Shown: positions 31,259 to 42,752, counted from the stretch's first letter. The stretch is DNA of 64,000 nucleotides from Gammaproteobacteria bacterium (GCA_965116795.1 OZ220716.1:256001-320000), one strand, 5' to 3'. Program-made: numbers and translations. Notes: generated by a model from the letters alone, not told the origin.

Positions 31259-32493
31259 GTCGTTATATCTAATCCGAAACAATGTTGCAGTACATCTAAC
31301 ATTTCCCAATCACCTTGTTCAGCTAATTCATTGATTAACGTGGTAGGTGCATGAGTCAATGTGTTACGTAAACGGCGGGTTAATTCAGTTAGTACAGCAT
31401 TGGGATCAACACCATTTGCCAATTGACTACGTGCTTGAGTTAACAGTGTGTCACACAACTGAGTTGCATGATCTCGATACGCACGAACAGTTACGACAGC
31501 ATCTAAACTGCGTAACGTTGCCATAAATGCATTAGCATGTAATTCAATCAATGCATCAGCTTGTTTAGCAGCACCTTGGCGCTCAGCGACATTACGTGCA
31601 ACCACATCAGTTAAGCTGTCAATTGTATGTAACATGATGTTAGGCAAATCTGCACAGTCTGCAGCAATGTTACGTGGCAATGCCAAATCGATTAACAATA
31701 AGGGTGATGTTGTTTGTCGACGCGCAGTAATTAACTGGTTTGAGGTAATCAACGGTTTTCCAGCATTTGTCGCTGTAATTACCACATCTGCTTGGGTCAA
31801 ATGATGTGGGATCGCACCTAAGCATGTACCTTCCCCAGCAAAGCGTTTTGCTAATCGACTAGCCTTAATCACATCACGATTTCCAATGGTTAAATCAGTG
31901 ACGTGTAAATTTTGTAAATAACGTGCAACCAATTCAATGGTGTCCCCTGCACCAACTAATAAAATGCGTGACTTAGTAATATCATTAACAATTTGTTTGG
32001 CTAATTGCACTGCGGCATAGGCAATAGAAATCGGATGTTGACCGATACCGGTACATGTTCGTACTTGTTTGGTCACTGCAAAGGTATATTGAAATAATCG
32101 ATTTAATGACTTGCCAACAGTACCTGCTTGTTGTGCACGGTGATACGCTTGCTTTAACTGGCCTAAAATTTGTGGCTCACCTAAGATTAATGAATCCAAA
32201 CCACTAGCGACTCGTAACAGATGCCGCACTGCATCATCGCTTTGATACGTATAAGTATATGGTGTTAACGTTGATTGATGGCGTGTTTGCATCCAATCGA
32301 TAATGTTTTTAGGATCACCGCCTTGACAATAAATTTCAGTGCGATTGCACGTTGATAAAATCGCCGCTTCTTGATGTTCACCACTATCAATCAATTCACG
32401 CAAAGGCGCATGCAATAAGTCTTGTTGAAACACGCATGTCTCACGCACTGATAAAGGCGCTGTTTTATGATTAAAGCCGCAGACAACAACCAT
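31255..32493 (-). CDS. hemA: Glutamyl-tRNA reductase
   Basis: STCNRTE, GLDS...[16 protein letters not shown]. Confidence 0.97.
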   Translation of the reverse strand: MVVVCGFNHKTAPLSVRETCVFQQDLLHAPLRELIDSGEHQEAAILSTCNRTEIYCQGGDPKNIIDWMQTRHQSTLTPYTYTYQSDDAVRHLLRVASGLDSLILGEPQILGQLKQAYHRAQQAGTVGKSLNRLFQYTFAVTKQVRTCTGIGQHPISIAYAAVQLAKQIVNDITKSRILLVGAGDTIELVARYLQNLHVTDLTIGNRDVIKASRLAKRFAGEGTCLGAIPHHLTQADVVITATNAGKPLITSNQLITARRQTTSPLLLIDLALPRNIAADCADLPNIMLHTIDSLTDVVARNVAERQGAAKQADALIELHANAFMATLRSLDAVVTVRAYRDHATQLCDTLLTQARSQLANGVDPNAVLTELTRRLRNTLTHAPTTLINELAEQGDWEMLDVLQHCFGLDITT

Positions 32494-32665
32494 GAAAATC
32501 CTGTTAGTAAACTTATTATATAGGGCAATTTAGTCCCGCTTGGTGCTAATAGCGCGCTAATTGTACGTCAATTGCCAGTGATTTTACATGCTGCAAACAC
32601 TATGGGTATATTTTCATCCAGTGTGTTAAAGTAACCCTACTTTGAACAGATCACATCAGGATCGC

Positions 32666-33298
32666 ATGTTACTGTACCAACCTAAATTGCCGATTTCTTA
32701 TCGATTAGTGAAATGGTTAAGTATCGCCAGTTGTATACTCTTAGTCAGTGCATGTACAACATTATCACCACCTACCCAATCACCGCGTTCTTTTGCTGAG
32801 CATCGCGCTCAACTGCAACAGTTAACCAACTGGCAAGCAACGGGGGTTGTTGGTGTTAGATCAGCCGATCAAGCTAACACTGTCTATGTCACTTGGCGAC
32901 AATATGCTAATCAAATGCAAATAACATTTTTTAGCAGTCTGGGCACTAGCATCGCTCGCTTGCAGGGTACTCCTGGGCATATCACCTTAATTACCCAAGA
33001 TGACCAACGTTATCACGCCGCCGATCCTGATCAACTAACAACTAAATTGCTCGGCTGGCCATTGCCAGTCAGTGGCTTATATTATTGGATCCGTGGGTTG
33101 CCCATGCCAGGAACATCCCAACAGCTCTCCACCCCACTATTGTCCCAATTACAGCAACAGGGTTGGAACATTGATTATCAACGCTATCAAACTGTCGCTG
33201 GGTATACCTTACCTTATCAATTAACCCTAAAACGTAAGGGATTACAGCTACGCATCATCGTTAAAAAGTGGTCAATCTTACGAGATAACACCATTTGA
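32666..33298 (+). CDS. lolB: Outer membrane lipoprotein receptor LolB
   Basis: Lipobox VSAC; LGWPLPV..L.YWIRGLP; QQGW.IDY; divergent from hemA. Confidence 0.92.
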   Translation: MLLYQPKLPISYRLVKWLSIASCILLVSACTTLSPPTQSPRSFAEHRAQLQQLTNWQATGVVGVRSADQANTVYVTWRQYANQMQITFFSSLGTSIARLQGTPGHITLITQDDQRYHAADPDQLTTKLLGWPLPVSGLYYWIRGLPMPGTSQQLSTPLLSQLQQQGWNIDYQRYQTVAGYTLPYQLTLKRKGLQLRIIVKKWSILRDNTI

Positions 33299-33323
33299 CA
33301 TTAATCAGCTCTCACCGCACAAT
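33295..33323 (+). promoter_or_regulatory. sigma70 promoter of tRNA-Gln/prs
   Basis: TTGACA-17-CACAAT followed by a GC-rich discriminator. Confidence 0.7.
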
Positions 33324-33347
33324 GTGCCCTCTTCAAAATAGGGTCAT

Positions 33348-33422
33348 TGGGGTGTAGCCAAGCGGTAAGGCACAGGGTTTTGATCCCTGCATTCCCAGGT
33401 TCGAATCCTGGCACCCCAGCCA
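33348..33422 (+). tRNA. tRNA-Gln(TTG)
   Basis: TGGGGTG acceptor, anticodon arm caggg-ttTTGat-ccctg, GGTTCGAATCC, CCA. Confidence 0.97.
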
Positions 33423-33443
33423 ACACATCGTGGGAATAGATAC

Positions 33444-34388
33444 GTGTCACAAATTAAATTGTTCACAGGCAACGCCAATCCAGAACAAGCTGCTTTAATT
33501 GCTAAACATTTAAAATTACCATTAGGCGATGCCACCGTTGGACGGTTTAGTGACGGTGAAATCATGGTGGAAATTAACGAAAACGTACGCGGTAAAGATG
33601 TCTTTTTATTACAATCCACTTGTTATCCTACTAATGATAACATAATGGAACTCATTATTCTCGCTGATGCAATGCGCCGCGCATCTGCCGCACGTATTAC
33701 TGCAGTGATCCCTTACTTTGGTTATGCTAGGCAAGATAGGCGTGTACGTTCAGCGCGCGTACCCATCACGGCTAAAGTCGTCGCGGATATGCTAGCATCC
33801 GTCGGGATTTCACGGATGTTAACTGTGGATTTACACGCAGACCAAATCCAAGGGTTTTTCTATATTCCCGTTGATAACGTGTATGCAACACCAGCGATGT
33901 TAACTGACATTCACGCACAACAACATAATAATTTAATGGTGGTGTCACCTGACGTTGGTGGTGTGATTCGCGCACGTGCTATCGCTAAATTGTTAGATGA
34001 TGCTGACTTGGCCATTATCGATAAACGTCGTCCACAGCCGAACGAGACTAAGGTAATGAATATTATCGGTGATGTTGCTGGGCGCAATTGCGTAATTGTT
34101 GATGACATTGTCGATACCGCCAGCACATTATGCCAAGCTGCCAGTGCACTAAAAGATAATGGCGCAACCACTGTTACTGCATATTGCACACACGCTGTGT
34201 TATCCGGTAAGGCCATCGATAATATTCAACAGTCTGCTTTAGACGAAATTGTTATCACTGATACCATTCCATTAACAGACTCAGCCCGCCAGTGTAAAAA
34301 AATTCGAGTTGTTAGTTTGGCAAATATGCTAGCCGAAGCCATTCGCCGCATTAACGAAGAAGAGTCAGTGAGTTCCTTGTTTGCATAA
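33444..34388 (+). CDS. prs: Ribose-phosphate pyrophosphokinase
   Basis: [30 protein letters not shown]. Confidence 0.97.
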   Translation: MSQIKLFTGNANPEQAALIAKHLKLPLGDATVGRFSDGEIMVEINENVRGKDVFLLQSTCYPTNDNIMELIILADAMRRASAARITAVIPYFGYARQDRRVRSARVPITAKVVADMLASVGISRMLTVDLHADQIQGFFYIPVDNVYATPAMLTDIHAQQHNNLMVVSPDVGGVIRARAIAKLLDDADLAIIDKRRPQPNETKVMNIIGDVAGRNCVIVDDIVDTASTLCQAASALKDNGATTVTAYCTHAVLSGKAIDNIQQSALDEIVITDTIPLTDSARQCKKIRVVSLANMLAEAIRRINEEESVSSLFA

Positions 34389-34422
34389 CAGCCCCTAGGC
34401 AATCCTATCTAATCATTATCAC

Positions 34423-34490
34423 TTGAATGACCATTTGTAATCGGTATAATGGCGCCCTTCGTTGTCTAACTTGGTCGCGGGTTAGGCAGC
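34423..34490 (+). promoter_or_regulatory. rplY promoter and L25 leader-like hairpin
   Basis: TTGAAT-16-TATAAT; hairpin gttgtctaac-ttggtcgcgg-gttaggcagc with the TGGTCGC loop typical of gammaproteobacterial rplY leaders. Confidence 0.65.
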
Positions 34491-34517
34491 ACTATCCAAC
34501 AACGAGTGGAGATTATT

Positions 34518-35222
34518 ATGAGTACTATCAATAGCTTAGACGCATATTTGCGTCAAGATATGGGCAAAGGTGCGAGCCACCGCCTACGTCGCCAAGCTGA
34601 CAAAGTCCCTGGGATTGTGTATGGCATTGGCAAACCGGCAACAGCGATTGCTATCGAACAACGCTTAATACGTAAAGCCTTGGAAGATGAAGGGTTTTAT
34701 TCACGCATTGTAACGCTGAATATCGATGGTGTTAAAGAAAAAGTCGTGTTAAAAGACGTGCAACGACATCCGCATAAGGCACAAATATTACATATGGATT
34801 TTCTACGGGTTTCAGCCACTGAAAAAATTCACATGCATGTGCCTATTCATTTTATCGGTGAACATGATGCACCTGGATTAAAAGAAGGTGGAGTGATTTC
34901 TAAAGAAATCATTGAAACCGAAGTCAGTTGTTTGCCAGGCGATTTACCGGAATTTTTAGAATTAGACGTTAGCCAAATGCAAATGGATGAATCACGTCAC
35001 TTATCTGATGTGAAAGTACCCAATGGAGTTGAGTTGCTGATCTTAAGTAAAGACGACGGTAATGATCCACCTGTTGCTAGTTTACATCGTCCTAAAGTTG
35101 TTGTTGAAGAAGAACCTACTACTGATGATGCAGAAGCCGCATCTGATGAACCTGCTACTGATGGTGAACAGTCAGATGATGGTAAACAACAAGGCTCGAA
35201 AGACAGTGATCAAGATAAATAA
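34518..35222 (+). CDS. rplY: 50S ribosomal protein bL25/Ctc
   Basis: GKGAS.RLRR, VPGIVYG, QRHP, H.DF.RV; acidic tail. Confidence 0.96.
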   Translation: MSTINSLDAYLRQDMGKGASHRLRRQADKVPGIVYGIGKPATAIAIEQRLIRKALEDEGFYSRIVTLNIDGVKEKVVLKDVQRHPHKAQILHMDFLRVSATEKIHMHVPIHFIGEHDAPGLKEGGVISKEIIETEVSCLPGDLPEFLELDVSQMQMDESRHLSDVKVPNGVELLILSKDDGNDPPVASLHRPKVVVEEEPTTDDAEAASDEPATDGEQSDDGKQQGSKDSDQDK

Positions 35223-35279
35223 AATCATTTGATCATATTTGGTTAATGCTTAACGGTGTAACGTGTATGGGACGTAAGC

Positions 35280-35867
35280 ATGGAACAATCATCATCTAGT
35301 CCAATTGCATTATTTGTTGGATTAGGCAATCCAGGAACACAATACGCTAAAACACGCCATAATGCAGGACAGTGGTTTGTACAGAAATTGGCTGAACAAG
35401 TCGGTACATCATTTAAAACGGAACGCAATGGTCAACTTGCCACTGCCCGGCTTAGCGGGCAAGCATGCCGATTATTTATCCCTGATACATACATGAATTG
35501 TTGTGGCACTGTTATTCAGGGTCTATTACATTTTTATCGTATTAGTGCAGAATCGATGTGCGTTGTTCATGATGAATTAGATTTACCCGCTGGCAGTGCA
35601 CGGATTAAATACAGTGGTGGTCATGGTGGGCATAATGGATTACGTGATTTGATTCAACAGTTGGGAACAAATGATTTTTACCGCCTGCGACTTGGTATTG
35701 GACACCCAGGTAACAAACATCAAGTTAGCAGTTTTGTATTAAAACCACCGACTATTGATGAACGCAAAAAAATTGATACAGCGATTGCAGATAGCTTAGC
35801 CATTGTACCTGATTTAGTGAATGGTGATATTGAAAAAGCAATGCGCATATTGCATCAAGATCATTAA
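35280..35867 (+). CDS. pth: Peptidyl-tRNA hydrolase
   Basis: VGLGNPG..Y..TRHNAG, HDELDL, GGHNGLR. Confidence 0.97.
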   Translation: MEQSSSSPIALFVGLGNPGTQYAKTRHNAGQWFVQKLAEQVGTSFKTERNGQLATARLSGQACRLFIPDTYMNCCGTVIQGLLHFYRISAESMCVVHDELDLPAGSARIKYSGGHGGHNGLRDLIQQLGTNDFYRLRLGIGHPGNKHQVSSFVLKPPTIDERKKIDTAIADSLAIVPDLVNGDIEKAMRILHQDH

Positions 35868-35890
35868 TAAAATAGAGGAAACCCTTACTG

Positions 35891-36985
35891 ATGGGATTAA
35901 AATGTGGCATTGTTGGCCTACCTAATGTTGGCAAATCTACCTTATTTAAAGCGTTAACCAATGCTGATATTGCTGCAGAAAACTACCCGTTTTGTACCAT
36001 TGAACCGAATGTCGGGATGGTAATGATACCTGATCCACGTTTAGATAAACTCGCTAGTTTAGTCTCACCTGAGAAAGTGATACCAACGATGATCGAATTT
36101 GTCGACATCGCTGGTTTAGTGGCTGGTGCTGCGCAAGGTGAAGGCTTAGGCAATAAATTCTTAGCCAATATTCGTGAAACCGATGCGATTGTGCACGTAG
36201 TGCGTTGTTTTGATGATCCGGATATCACCCATGTTGCTGGAAAAATCGATCCGACAGCAGATATTGAAACCATTAACACTGAATTGGTCTTAGCCGATCT
36301 TGAAACCGTTGAAAAGAACATACTACGCGTAAGTAAAATTGCCAAAAGTGGTGCTAAAGCAGCACAAGCTGATTTAGCATTTTTACAACGGCTACAAACC
36401 CATTTAAATGCAGGACAGATGGCACGTACGCTAACAGTGAGTAACGATGCTGAAAAACAGTGTCTGCAACCATTACATTTGTTAACAGCTAAACCAACGT
36501 TATATATCGCCAATGTCGATGAAAAAGGATTAGATGTTAATTCATACGTAGACAGCGTAAAAACCATTGCAGACAATGAAAATGCAAGTGTGGTCACCGT
36601 GTGTACGGCTATTGAAGCTGAATTAGTTGAATTAGATGACGACGATAAATCGGCATTTTTAACTGATCTAGGCTTAACAGAACCTGGATTACATCGCATT
36701 GTACGCGCAGGTTACGACTTATTAAATTTATTGACTTACTTTACTGCCGGCCCTAAAGAAGTACGTGCTTGGACGATTGCAGCTGGCAGTTTAGCACCAC
36801 AAGCTGCTGGCGTTATTCATACTGATTTTGAGCGCGGCTTTATTCGTGCAGATGTGATTTCATTCGATGATTACGTGCAATATGCTGGCGAACAAGGTGC
36901 TAAAGAAGCAGGGAAATTACGCTCTGAAGGTAAAGAATACGTTGTGCAAGATGGCGATGTTATACACTTTAAATTCAATGTTTAA
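35891..36985 (+). CDS. ychF: Ribosome-binding ATPase YchF
   Basis: [37 protein letters not shown]. Confidence 0.97.
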   Translation: MGLKCGIVGLPNVGKSTLFKALTNADIAAENYPFCTIEPNVGMVMIPDPRLDKLASLVSPEKVIPTMIEFVDIAGLVAGAAQGEGLGNKFLANIRETDAIVHVVRCFDDPDITHVAGKIDPTADIETINTELVLADLETVEKNILRVSKIAKSGAKAAQADLAFLQRLQTHLNAGQMARTLTVSNDAEKQCLQPLHLLTAKPTLYIANVDEKGLDVNSYVDSVKTIADNENASVVTVCTAIEAELVELDDDDKSAFLTDLGLTEPGLHRIVRAGYDLLNLLTYFTAGPKEVRAWTIAAGSLAPQAAGVIHTDFERGFIRADVISFDDYVQYAGEQGAKEAGKLRSEGKEYVVQDGDVIHFKFNV

Positions 36986-37090
36986 CCTAAATCCCACCAT
37001 TTATCAGCGGGCACTTGACAATGATAAAGCAACTCGTAAGAATGGCGAGCCTGCCAATCAAGCAGCATTGATAACACAATTATTTTATAT

Positions 37091-37167
37091 GGCTATGTAG
37101 CTCAGCTGGTTAGAGCGCGGCATTCATAATGCTGAGGTCGGTGGTTCAAGTCCACCCATAGCCACCA
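37091..37167 (+). tRNA. tRNA-Met(CAT), elongator
   Basis: GGCTATG acceptor, CAT anticodon, CCA; usual position after ychF. Confidence 0.95.
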
Positions 37168-37214
37168 ACTATGTTTAGATTAACTGATATGATTTGAAAA
37201 AACTGCTGAAGTTC

Positions 37215-37700
37215 ATGGATAAACAATCTAAAAAAACATATCAACATAATCCCCAATTTAAGTGGGAATCCGCTGTTAGAGCATACGAAATTGATGTGCA
37301 AGGTATTGTTAACAATGCACATTATCTGCATTATTTCGATCATGCACGAGTACAGGCATTATTATCTTGTGGTATTGATTGGGGGCAATGGTCTGAACAA
37401 GGCCTTGACTTGGTATTGATTCACGTAGATATGGCAATTAAGGCACCATTGCGCGCACATGAACAATTTGCAGTGCTCACTAATATCGAAAAATCAGGCA
37501 AGCTACGCCTAGTGTGCTCACAAAAAATTATTAGAAAGAATGACAATACATTAATTGCTGAAGCTAAGAACACGGTTGTGTGTATTTCACGAGAACGTGG
37601 TAAACCTGTGTTTCCTGAAGCGTTAAACGTTTTGTTAACAACCAATCGCAATAAGGATATCGAGATTAATCATCGTCATAATAATGCTATTTCAGACTAG
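37215..37700 (+). CDS. 4HBT/YbgC-like acyl-CoA thioesterase
   Basis: VR.YEID.QGIVNNA.YL.YFDHAR. Confidence 0.88.
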   Translation: MDKQSKKTYQHNPQFKWESAVRAYEIDVQGIVNNAHYLHYFDHARVQALLSCGIDWGQWSEQGLDLVLIHVDMAIKAPLRAHEQFAVLTNIEKSGKLRLVCSQKIIRKNDNTLIAEAKNTVVCISRERGKPVFPEALNVLLTTNRNKDIEINHRHNNAISD

Positions 37701-37773
37701 ATTATGTTTGTTAGTTTATGTTAAAAAATAATGGCATAACGTACATTAAATTACTTCTACAATACTCAGTTAT

Positions 37774-37922
37774 CGTCATTCTGGAGAATGACCCTAGATG
37801 TAATCCAGGGGAATGAGTCCAGAATCCAGTCTTCCCATCTTTTTTAAACGTCTGAAAACTGGATTCTAGATCCTTGACTACTCAAGGACAAGCTCGCTAC
37901 TTTGCGAACTCTCAAGGATGAC
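37774..37922. repeat. Family A repeat copy 3
   Basis: cgtcattctggaga...ctcaaggatgac; closest to copy 1. Confidence 0.88.
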
Positions 37923-37935
37923 AGTAAATTGTAAG

Positions 37936-38682
37936 TTAAATTTTCTTAGCAACGATCCTAATAGCAATTTGATCACCTGAAACCATTCTTTTAATTAAAT
38001 TATGATGATACCCTTGCAAGAGTTCGATCAGTTCAAAACCATATTGATTTTTAATTGAATGTTGATGTTTGTTGATATTATCCAACAGCATATTGACATA
38101 CCTTATAAATAATTCAGTATCATCTCGAAAAGCAACTTCTTCAAAATAACTCTCTGACAATACTTTCTGATAAGATCTCTTCGTCTCATAGATTAATGAC
38201 CCTTGCTTAGTCACTGAATGTGGGGCAATCCAATCTGCAATTACCAATAATCCATGAGGTTTTAACACGCGATGAATATCATGTAATAAATTTACCTTAT
38301 CATCGATATGATTAAAGACACCTTTGCTGTAAGCAATATCAAATGATTGTGCAGCATACGGTATAGTGCCATCATTATTATATATATTAAAATCTAGCTG
38401 TTGCTTAACATCAGCAGGCGCACGATGTTTGGCATACGTTACCATCCATAGGTGAATTTCTACACCCGATACTTTCATTTTATATTTTTTTGCTAAATAA
38501 AAAGAAACTCCTCCCAATCCAAATCCTACATCCAATGCATTCAGCTGACTAACAGCAATGCCTGAAAACAAATTATCAATAGCAGCTGTTCCACCTAAAG
38601 AAATTAGGTGTTCGCCATAAAGCATATTAAACAATGGAATATTATCTTCAACGTAAGGATTAGATTCTATTAATTGAGACAA
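37936..38682 (-). CDS. Class I SAM methyltransferase, phosphoethanolamine N-methyltransferase-like
   Basis: YGEHLISLGG, LDVGFGLGG, FDIAYSKGVFNH, RVLKP.G.L.I.DW. Confidence 0.8.
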   Translation of the reverse strand: MSQLIESNPYVEDNIPLFNMLYGEHLISLGGTAAIDNLFSGIAVSQLNALDVGFGLGGVSFYLAKKYKMKVSGVEIHLWMVTYAKHRAPADVKQQLDFNIYNNDGTIPYAAQSFDIAYSKGVFNHIDDKVNLLHDIHRVLKPHGLLVIADWIAPHSVTKQGSLIYETKRSYQKVLSESYFEEVAFRDDTELFIRYVNMLLDNINKHQHSIKNQYGFELIELLQGYHHNLIKRMVSGDQIAIRIVAKKI

Positions 38683-38740
38683 AATATAATTTACCCTTTG
38701 TTAATGCTAAACGTATTAATCAAATAGCTCAGTAATTTTA

Positions 38741-39514
38741 CTATGTTGTTTTATTAATATGATGACACGACGCTTGATCAGTGGGGAAAACGATTAATTC
38801 AGATACATTGACGTGTAATGGACGTGTAGCACAATACACAATCGCATCGGCAATATCATCTGCTAGTAACGGGGTAAATTGTGCATAGTATTGATCAGAC
38901 TTTTGTTTATCTTGCCAACGCACTTCACTAAATTCGGTATGCACGGCACCAGGTGCAATTTCAGTCACCCTAATTTGTGTGCCTAATAAATCTAAACGCA
39001 TCGATTTTGATAATGCATTCACGGCATGTTTAGTTGCACAATAAATATTGCCACCCGGATAACAATCGCGCCCAGCGATCGACCCAATATTAATAATATG
39101 TCCACTATTTCTAGCGATCATAGTTGGTAATATCTGTTGGGTCACATATAACAATCCCTGTATATTGGTTGCAATCATCGTATCCCAATCATCTAAACTG
39201 CTTTGTTGTATGGGAACACTGCCCAGTGCCAACCCGGCATTATTGATTAAAATATCAATGTCACGCCACTGGGTTGGCAAATTGGTAATTGTTGTTATAA
39301 CTACTTGCTTATCTCGCACATCTAATTGAATTGGTAAGGTTGATATTGAATATTGGGTTTGCAACTCATTAGCTAACTGCTCAACTTTATCGATACGTCT
39401 TGCAGTTAAGATTAGGTTTGCACCTAACTTAGCAAAGTGTTGTGCTGTTGCCTTACCTATTCCACTCGATGCACCGGTAATAAACACAATTTTTTTAGTC
39501 AATGTGATTGCCAT
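38741..39514 (-). CDS. SDR oxidoreductase, YdfG-like
   Basis: ITGASSGIG, NNAGLALG, YCATK, TEIAPG. Confidence 0.9.
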   Translation of the reverse strand: MAITLTKKIVFITGASSGIGKATAQHFAKLGANLILTARRIDKVEQLANELQTQYSISTLPIQLDVRDKQVVITTITNLPTQWRDIDILINNAGLALGSVPIQQSSLDDWDTMIATNIQGLLYVTQQILPTMIARNSGHIINIGSIAGRDCYPGGNIYCATKHAVNALSKSMRLDLLGTQIRVTEIAPGAVHTEFSEVRWQDKQKSDQYYAQFTPLLADDIADAIVYCATRPLHVNVSELIVFPTDQASCHHINKTT

Positions 39515-39545
39515 ATTAAGTAACTCTCTTCCTTGTTAAAACGGC

Positions 39546-41120
39546 TTAACTCTCGGTTACCATCGCTTCTATACTGATTGGTTGACGCGTCACTAAATAA
39601 CGCGCCAATCCATAAATGGCTACGCTAAACATAGCCACTGCAATAAAATCGATACCAAATGGGATCGCATTGATGCCACCAAAGCTGCTGCAATAACTAA
39701 TCATACTCATGCCAATTAAGTATGCAATCACCCAACTACCGCGAGTAATATCCAGTGACGAGAATTCACGCGCACGATTACCTTTAGCTAACATGACTTT
39801 TATTGCTAGCACAACATAACCTACGATAAACAACAGCACAATTTTGCTAACGATGTTCCAGCCCGACCATAAGATCATTAAATTGCAAATGCTAAAGGCT
39901 AATACACATAACACTTGTACTGCCAATGGTGATAATCCAGTAAATTTATCCGGTTGGCTACGGCTTAATATGGCTAATGACATCGGGCCAACAATATAGC
40001 CTAGAACTAAACACGATACTAAAAAACCAACCATGTGTTGCCAACTGGGAAATGGCAAAAAGAACAGAACACCAATCAATAAATTAACCATCATCGCACG
40101 CATTGGGGTATGGTGTTGATTAGTTCGCATCACACTATTAGGTAAATAACCATTTTGTCCCATTGCATAGGTTAACCGGCCAGTTGCCACAGATTGTACC
40201 ATCGCCGTACCAAATGGTGATACCGCCGCATCGATATACAATGCCTTTATAAACCATATAAATCCTAAGCTGACTAGCAACCCCACAAATGGACCATTGT
40301 CACCACTAAAGCTTAACTGTTGCCAACCTTGACTGAGAAACTCTGTCGGCAACGCACCAATAAACGCAATCTGAATACCGGTGTATAACACCATACAAAT
40401 GGCTAATGCACCAAAAATAGCAATTGGGATCGCACGTTTTGGATTCTTGGTTTCTGCTGCCAATTGAATAGCTGGATTAAAACCAATAAAAGAATAAATC
40501 ACCCCCGCCAATGGCAATGCTGCAAAAACACTGTGGATCCCATAGGGCATGAATGTAGCCGCATTACCAAAATTCTCGACATGAAATTGAGTTGACAACA
40601 ATAATCCAACTGTAACCACTGGGACAACTAATTTAAATAATAAAATGACTAGATTTAATTTGGCATATACCCGCATGCCATAGTGATTAATCGCAACAAT
40701 GAATGCCATTACACCAACGGCGACGACTAATCCTAACGGCGTTAACACCGTGTCAGCTCCCTGTGTCATTAAACCTGGAATGTAGTTCGAGCTGTATTGG
40801 ATTAACGCCATGGTTTCAATAGGTGACACTGCTAACCACGCAAGCCAAGCAATCCATGAAAAACTAAACCCAGCAAAGTGCCCATAACTCAATTGAAAAA
40901 AACGTACTGTACCACCTGTGATTGGAATCGCACGTACTAACAACACAAATGTTGCAGCAACGATCATCATCAATACACCACCGATGATCCAGGTTAACAC
41001 CGCAGCTGGGCCAGCAATACGTGCACAGGCTAATGGGCCTAATAGCCAGCCGGATCCAACAATGCCCGCCACTGCGGAGGTTAATAACGTCCACGTACTG
41101 ATTGATCGCGATAACTTCAT
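39546..41120 (-). CDS. APC family amino acid permease
   Basis: GIVGSGWL; AAETKNPKRAIP; many TMs. Confidence 0.9.
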   Translation of the reverse strand: MKLSRSISTWTLLTSAVAGIVGSGWLLGPLACARIAGPAAVLTWIIGGVLMMIVAATFVLLVRAIPITGGTVRFFQLSYGHFAGFSFSWIAWLAWLAVSPIETMALIQYSSNYIPGLMTQGADTVLTPLGLVVAVGVMAFIVAINHYGMRVYAKLNLVILLFKLVVPVVTVGLLLSTQFHVENFGNAATFMPYGIHSVFAALPLAGVIYSFIGFNPAIQLAAETKNPKRAIPIAIFGALAICMVLYTGIQIAFIGALPTEFLSQGWQQLSFSGDNGPFVGLLVSLGFIWFIKALYIDAAVSPFGTAMVQSVATGRLTYAMGQNGYLPNSVMRTNQHHTPMRAMMVNLLIGVLFFLPFPSWQHMVGFLVSCLVLGYIVGPMSLAILSRSQPDKFTGLSPLAVQVLCVLAFSICNLMILWSGWNIVSKIVLLFIVGYVVLAIKVMLAKGNRAREFSSLDITRGSWVIAYLIGMSMISYCSSFGGINAIPFGIDFIAVAMFSVAIYGLARYLVTRQPISIEAMVTES

Positions 41121-41138
41121 AGTATGATGTCCTATATA

Positions 41139-41261
41139 TTACCCTTCGCCTTTCAAGCTGCGACTTTGTTGCAGGCTTGCTTCACTGCTCATGTATGCTG
41201 ATATACACTCCGCCGCTCAGTTGCGCCTGCGCCTCGTCGCAACTTGAAATCTTTTGGGTTA
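41139..41261 (-). repeat. ERIC-like repeat
   Basis: ttacccttcg...gctcatgtat..atacactccg...gcgcctcgtc...tttgggtta; close to the 27791 copy. Confidence 0.85.
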
Positions 41262-41415
41262 ACTAATTTCTAGCTGGCAAGTGTAACAGCAAATGATTAG
41301 CAGATGATTGCAAATTATGCTGATTTGGGCTATTTTATGCAATTAAATTCTAATTTTTAATTAAAAACAGGCATATAATGCTAATTTATTTGATTTTATT
41401 ACAATTGGAGGCCAT

Positions 41416-41880
41416 ATGGACCAAATTGATAAACAGATTTTAGCGTTGCTACAAACCGACGCACAAATCAGTAATCAAGTACTGGCAGACAAAGTAGCAT
41501 TATCCCCGTCACCTTGTTTACGGCGGGTCAAGCACTTAGAAGACACCGGGATCATTCATAAACAAGTTGCATTGTTGTCAGCAGAAAAATTAGGATTGCA
41601 ATTAACTATCTTAGTATCTGTTGGTATTGCTGATCATGCTGCTAAACGCATGGCAGCATTCAAACGTGCGATTAAAGCATTTCCAGAAGTCACACAGTGT
41701 TATTTAATTACTGGGCAATCAGCAGATTATTTATTAAAAGTAATTGTGCCAGATTTAACAACCTTCCAACATTTTTTATTAGAAAAACTAACACGGATTG
41801 ATGGCGTGACCAGTGTACAATCAAGTTTTGTGTTAGAACAGATTGTTGATAAAACCGCTTTGCCATTAGATCATTTATGA
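41416..41880 (+). CDS. Lrp/AsnC family transcriptional regulator
   Basis: D.IDKQIL..LQ; LSPSPCLRRVK.LE; C..ITG..ADYLLKV; divergent from the APC permease. Confidence 0.93.
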   Translation: MDQIDKQILALLQTDAQISNQVLADKVALSPSPCLRRVKHLEDTGIIHKQVALLSAEKLGLQLTILVSVGIADHAAKRMAAFKRAIKAFPEVTQCYLITGQSADYLLKVIVPDLTTFQHFLLEKLTRIDGVTSVQSSFVLEQIVDKTALPLDHL

Positions 41881-42752
41881 TCATGTTTGTTATTAAGCTT
41901 ACTAACCCACAACACACTGCTAACAATTAATATAAAACCGACTATTGTGCTAACATGCATGACTTTCTCATGGGTTACCCAATCAACAATCGCACTAAAA
42001 ATAATAGCACTGTACATAATCGCAATAATTGTCGTCGGCTCGCCATGTTTTAAAGCATAAGCAAACCCTTGTTGATAAATAATGGCAGAAACACTCACAA
42101 TTAATAAGTATATCCAAGCAATCAGTGGGATTGGTTGCCAATGCAACCACGCTGGGATAATTGTCATCACAGTTGCATTTAACGCGAAAAACAAAACGAT
42201 CTGCGATGCATGTTCCGTACTACTTAACCGTTTAATCACCAGCACAGCCATTGATGCAAGAATACTGGATGCCAAACTATACAACGAACCATACTGTAAA
42301 AACCCATTTGTAGTTGGATTCAACACAAATATCACACCAATAAAGCCTAGTATTATTGTTAATAATACAGGCATAGTAACTGTTTGGCGCCAAAATAAAT
42401 ACATCATGATCGGCGTAAATAACGGGTATGTCATGAATAACAATGTTGCATTGGAAATTGGCAATGTTTCCAGTGACAACACGATGCAATATGCACTGAG
42501 CACACCAATGATAGCTCTTAATAAATGTAGTGAATAATGACGTGTTCTAATAAGATTATTACTACTATTGATTCTTAAAATCGGCAACAATATAACAACT
42601 GCAAATAAAGCGCGGGTAAATACAATAATATCGTGATTAACATACAGCTGTGCAAACTTAATCGCAGTATTCATTGCTGTTAGTGAAATGGCAGCAATAA
42701 CCGTTGCAATAATTGCCACAGTCGATGTTTTTTGCTTAGTATTATTTATCAC
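41871..42752 (-). CDS. DMT/EamA family transporter
   Basis: About 10 TMs in two EamA-like halves. Confidence 0.85.
   Translation of the reverse strand: MINNTKQKTSTVAIIATVIAAISLTAMNTAIKFAQLYVNHDIIVFTRALFAVVILLPILRINSSNNLIRTRHYSLHLLRAIIGVLSAYCIVLSLETLPISNATLLFMTYPLFTPIMMYLFWRQTVTMPVLLTIILGFIGVIFVLNPTTNGFLQYGSLYSLASSILASMAVLVIKRLSSTEHASQIVLFFALNATVMTIIPAWLHWQPIPLIAWIYLLIVSVSAIIYQQGFAYALKHGEPTTIIAIMYSAIIFSAIVDWVTHEKVMHVSTIVGFILIVSSVLWVSKLNNKHDHK

Noticed and set aside
33344-33619. 91-aa minus-strand ORF
   Set aside because: Antisense to tRNA-Gln and prs
35983-36699. Long antisense ORFs inside ychF, rpoD, dotA, hldE, dnaG and dksA
   Set aside because: Shadow frames of well-conserved genes
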